From positions 6,333,653 through 6,388,809 of the forward strand of contig NC_068984.1 of the NCBI RefSeq assembly GCF_001194135.2: a DNA stretch of 55,157 nucleotides, in the 5' to 3' direction. The DNA comes from Octopus bimaculoides (Eukaryota). The number at the start of each line of letters is the position of its first letter. Positions within the stretch are counted from its first letter, which is position 1. A program made the position numbers and the translations under genes. The notes beneath the pieces were generated by a model, which saw only the letters and a list, made by a program, of their open reading frames with translations, searched no databases and was not told the origin of the DNA. Shown piece by piece: positions 51,293 through 55,157 of the stretch.

Positions 51293-51931
51293 AACCCTGT
51301 AATTAATTTTAACATTAATTAGATATGGAATGCAGTGGAGAGTGAGTCTGGTCTTCAACAGACAATGATAACTCTAGTTGTATTTCAGTCTTATATGAGA
51401 ATTCCCCAGCAAGACATTGCCTAATTACTGCAGATCTTAGATCACAAGAGAATTTATTTGAGATTGTTTTTTTGTTAATCATCACAGATTGGCATTGTAT
51501 TTTAAAAGAATGATTCGGGGGGGNNNNNNNNNNAATATCTTGGGATGCTGGCTGCATGAAAGACAAATAATAAGATTACTAACTTACTTGATGAAGTAAG
51601 CCAAGAAATTTTAATTAGAATTACACATTTAATGATGAGAATTTTATTTTACAAACAAAAGTGAGACAACCCTGAAATATAATTACTGTATTTTATGACG
51701 TATAATGCAGACTTTTTGATATTGATAACAAGTTTTATAAATTGCCCTATGCACTATACATGGATACAGGATAGTTTTCTTACTTTGTGGTGACATCAAT
51801 CCTATAAAGAGTTACTATAACATTTTATACTGTTATTTCTAATATCTTTGACGTTTGTATTTTGCAAGAAATCATTTCTTCAAATCAAAAGTGTGCATTA
51901 TACACCATGAAGTATGATAAATACTACTAAC

Positions 51932-52180
51932 AGGAGTGGGGCTGTGTGGTAAGAAGTTTGCTTCCCAACCACATGGTTCTGCGTTCAATCCCACTGCATG
52001 GCACATTGGGCAAGTTTCTCCTACTATAACTTTGGGCCAACCAAAGCCTTATGAGTGGATCTGTTAGATGGAAGCTGAAAGAAATATAGGGGTTGATTCA
52101 TTTGACTAAAATTCATCAAGACAGTGCCCCAGCATGGCCGCAGTCTAATGACTGAAACAAGTAAAAGATAAGAGATTAAA
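51932..52180 (+). mobile_element. SINE family B, internally deleted
   Basis: Head ggggctgtgtggtaagaag...gcgttcaatccc and 3' end gactgaaacaagtaaaagataa, as in 16023-16447. Confidence 0.8.
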
Positions 52181-52254
52181 AACTACACTTCACATTAAAG
52201 AGCCGGCCATCAACAAATAAGTATGCTTGGCTACATGTACAATCATTATGATGA

Positions 52255-52575
52255 TGATCATCATCATCACTTAACGACCGTTTTCCATGCTGGCATGGGT
52301 TGGATGGTTTGACTGAGATCTAGAGAGCCAGTGGTTGCACCAGGCTCCAGTCTAATCTGGCAATGTTTCTACAGTTGGATGCCCTTCCTAACGCCAACCA
52401 CTCCAAGAGTGTAGTGGGTGCTTCTTACATGCCACCACCACAGGAGCCAATCAGGCAGCCCTGGCATTAGCCACATTCGGATGGTGCTTTTTACATGCCA
52501 TCAGCATGGGAGTCAGTCACGGTGTACTGGCATCGGCCACGTACAGATGGTGCTTTTCATGTGCCACCATCCAAA
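52255..52575 (-). mobile_element. RTE-type 3' UTR/tail, antisense
   Basis: (cat)n...ttttccatgctggcatgggttggatggtttgac...tgcccttcctaacgccaaccactc. Confidence 0.8.
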
Positions 52576-52957
52576 CATGACCAATACCAGGACCCCATGA
52601 CAGTCTCCCTTTGTTGATTATTTTAGATGCCTATGTAGTCACGAGCAGACACAGACACCCTCTTCTCATAGCCTTTAATCCAGTGGCACATTCTGGATGT
52701 GATGGCTAGAAGGAGAGAGAAATCTACTACAGCACTTGTCTGGTGCTCATGTTCAGTTGAGTAGACTGAAAGAATATGAAATGAAGTGCCTTGCTCATGG
52801 TCAAAACATATCACTCAAAACATTATGATTGAAAGCCCAATAACTTAACTATAAGACCATGCAAATGCATGGTCTTATGGTTAGCACGGTCTATGCTATA
52901 AGTATTAGAGTGAAAACAATTGTCCAATACTATAATGACTCTTCCAATAATAATAAT

Positions 52958-53324
52958 AACCAGAGCACTTAGAGGGGGCAAACCTCTGCCAAGGCAACAC
53001 CAACGTCCTCTCGACAATTAGCCAGAGATGAGTTTTAAAATGAGAATATCTGAAATAAACTTGACTGCTCTCACAAATGTAAATACTAAAAATGAACCCG
53101 ACCTCTGTGAAAAATTAAATAAAAAAAAACGGAAAAATAATCCAGAATCCTTGTCTGGTACCAGATCAATCCCAAAATCTAACCAGTTCTTGCCAGTCAC
53201 GAGGCCAAACATCTCCGAAAGTTTCATCCAAATCCATCCAGCAGTTCTTGAGATATCATATCCATGGACAAACAAACAAACGTGACAGAAAACAATACTT
53301 CCGCCTTTGCTAAGGTGAAGGTAA
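52958..53324 (-). mobile_element. Non-autonomous Helentron/HINE (DINE-1-like) element inserted in (AAT)n
   Basis: Terminal imperfect hairpin cttccgcc-tttgctaa-ggtgaagg, (ACAA)n, ccaaatccatccagcagttcttgagatatc segment, and a related subterminal motif cctctgccaaggc at the other end. Classification is from recalled architecture. Confidence 0.55.
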
Positions 53325-54807
53325 TAATGGTTTCAGATTTTGTCACAAGGCCAGCAATTTTAGGAGGATGGTATAAGTTAAATTACATCAACCCCAGTAC
53401 TTGACTAGTATTTTATCAATTGTAAAAGGATGAAAGGCAAATTTGACCTCAGTGGGATATGAACTCAGAATGCAAATAGGTGGAAGAAATGCTGCTTAAC
53501 ATTTTATCCGATATGCTAATAATTTTGCTAGTTCACCACCTTAAAAACGATAACAACAACAATAATAATCGTTCTCACTCAAGGTACAAGGCTTGAAATT
53601 TCGAGGAGGAGGCTGATCTAAAATGTCAATCTCAGCCGAATTTGAATTTAGAGCATAATGACCGAAAGCATTTTGCTGAGCATGGTAACAATTCTGCCAG
53701 CTCACCACCATGATGATGATAATAATAATAATAATAAGGTAGTGATTTACATGAGACATCTTTGTCACACTGCATGATGATTCTGCCTTAAGATTACATG
53801 AAGGGTATATAGGCCTGTGAAATATTAGTCTGCGGACACTGTAATTCATTGAATATGTAATTCTGTTGATCGAACAATTGGAATAACTGTCAAAAACCAA
53901 TGCAGAATTCATTCACTATTCTATAATACAATAAAACAAGTGCTAGTTCACTTGCGTCCAGTAAATCACAAGTATTTATTTCATCAACTCTGGATGGATT
54001 AAAAGCCGAGTTAAACTTACTAGAATTTAAACATAGAAATATAAAATCCAAAATCAACACTGACAGGTTGTCAGTAAATCATTATAATTATTAGATTTAT
54101 ATTTTATTTCAAGTCAAGGATTATATTCTGCTTTAAATTCTTCACTAAAGATGTCAAGTAGTCTTAGAGTTACAACTGGCTGCTGAGTCATTAGGATCTG
54201 AAAGATCGATGGCTCCTATCCTGTCACTAGTACTAAACCATATTCTTGATAAGAAACATTCAACTATTTCTGGCTTGTTTCTCTTAGCTGTAAATCAATA
54301 TTATGTGAGACTGAGCTCAGTGTTATAACTGAGATGCATTTTATTGGCTTGCAGAGCAAATTTCAAATCCACCCATGGGCTCCTGCAGAGGATGTGGATA
54401 TCAACAGTAATCTATTGTCCAACACAGGTCAAACTGCAGTGCCCCAACAATTTTCTTTATCCTCAACTTGGTGAATGTCATCTATTAGAGTATGTTCATC
54501 TGTCTTTTACAGAACATTCTAGGCAAAAAGTAAAGCCATAAAGTGCTCCTCTACATTACATATCAAATGTACTAAAGAAAATATTTTCTGAAATGAAATT
54601 TTTACATTAAAAATTCACTGTTCTTTTCTTTAGGAATATTTCATTTCACCAACGTGTAGTTTGTTTCTGAGGTGACATTTTAGGATATCAAATAATAGTG
54701 CTAAAAACATTTTAATTTTACATTATTTTTGGATTTATATAAAGAGACTGAAAATTGACATCATCAATGTTGCTGATATCAATAATAGTATGTTAGCAGA
54801 AATTAAA

Positions 54808-55157
54808 GAACACGTATGGGAGAAAGAGAGCCTGCCTTATGTCGACCCAATAGAGGGACCAGCTATCCGAGTTGATAGTACCAGGGTAGATAAAGCAATT
54901 AAGAGTATGAAGACCGGGAAAGCCCCCGGCCCATCAGGAATCACTGCAGAGATGCTCAAAATATCTGGCAGTGTTGGCTATAGCCTAGTCACCCGTATTA
55001 CGAACCAGGTGATACACGAAGGAGTCATACCCTATGACTGGTGTAGCAGCATCATAGTCAACTGCTACAAAGGTAAAGGGGACGCTTTAGATACAAATAA
55101 TTACAGAGGCATCAAGCTGTTAGATCAGGTTATGAAAGTTACAGAGAGGGTCATAGC
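54808..55157 (+). mobile_element. LINE (RTE-like) reverse transcriptase ORF, open frame running off the window; apparently 5'-truncated
   Basis: Stop-free EHVWEKESLPYVDPIEGPAIRVDSTRVDKAIKSMKTGKAPGPSGITAEMLK...IPYDWCSSIIVNCYKGKGDALDTNNYRGIKLLDQVMKVTERVI (KAPGPxG and NYRGIxLL motifs at the start of the RT domain). Confidence 0.92.

Noticed and set aside
53795-53830. catgaagggtatataggcctgtgaaatattag, resembling a decayed hammerhead
   Set aside because: The core box is missing and the stem is weak; unsupported without a family consensus.

Overview
AT-rich, repeat-dense eukaryotic genomic DNA with six assembly gaps. It is very probably an octopus/coleoid cephalopod; this is inferred from the SINE/RTE tails and microsatellites as I recall them, not from a search. 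The only host coding sequence is two + strand exons of a Shal/Kv4 (KCND) voltage-gated K+ channel: 25705-25867 (GYG filter end, S6 with PVP) and 41403-41585 (proximal C-terminus, QHHHLLTCLEKTT). The large first coding exon and any later exons lie outside the window, so nearly all of it is intron. The introns hold decayed mariner, Tc1-like, piggyBac, pogo-like, hAT and Helentron-like DNA elements, R4/Dong-like and RTE LINE fragments (one with an open RT frame running off the right end), several tRNA-derived SINE families, and foldback elements. The most interesting object is at 47358-47982: a tRNA-headed SINE carrying a minimal hammerhead-ribozyme motif of the Penelope-like-element type, joined head-to-head to an inverted truncated copy of itself. 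The canonical-looking hammerheads are antisense to Kv4, while the sense copy has a broken core. Several long inverted repeats, including a ~580-bp foldback and an inverted repeat pair bracketing the pore exon, could form dsRNA in the Kv4 pre-mRNA, which is relevant to cephalopod A-to-I editing. Most entries in the ORF track are spurious. Repeat boundaries are approximate unless exact termini are quoted.
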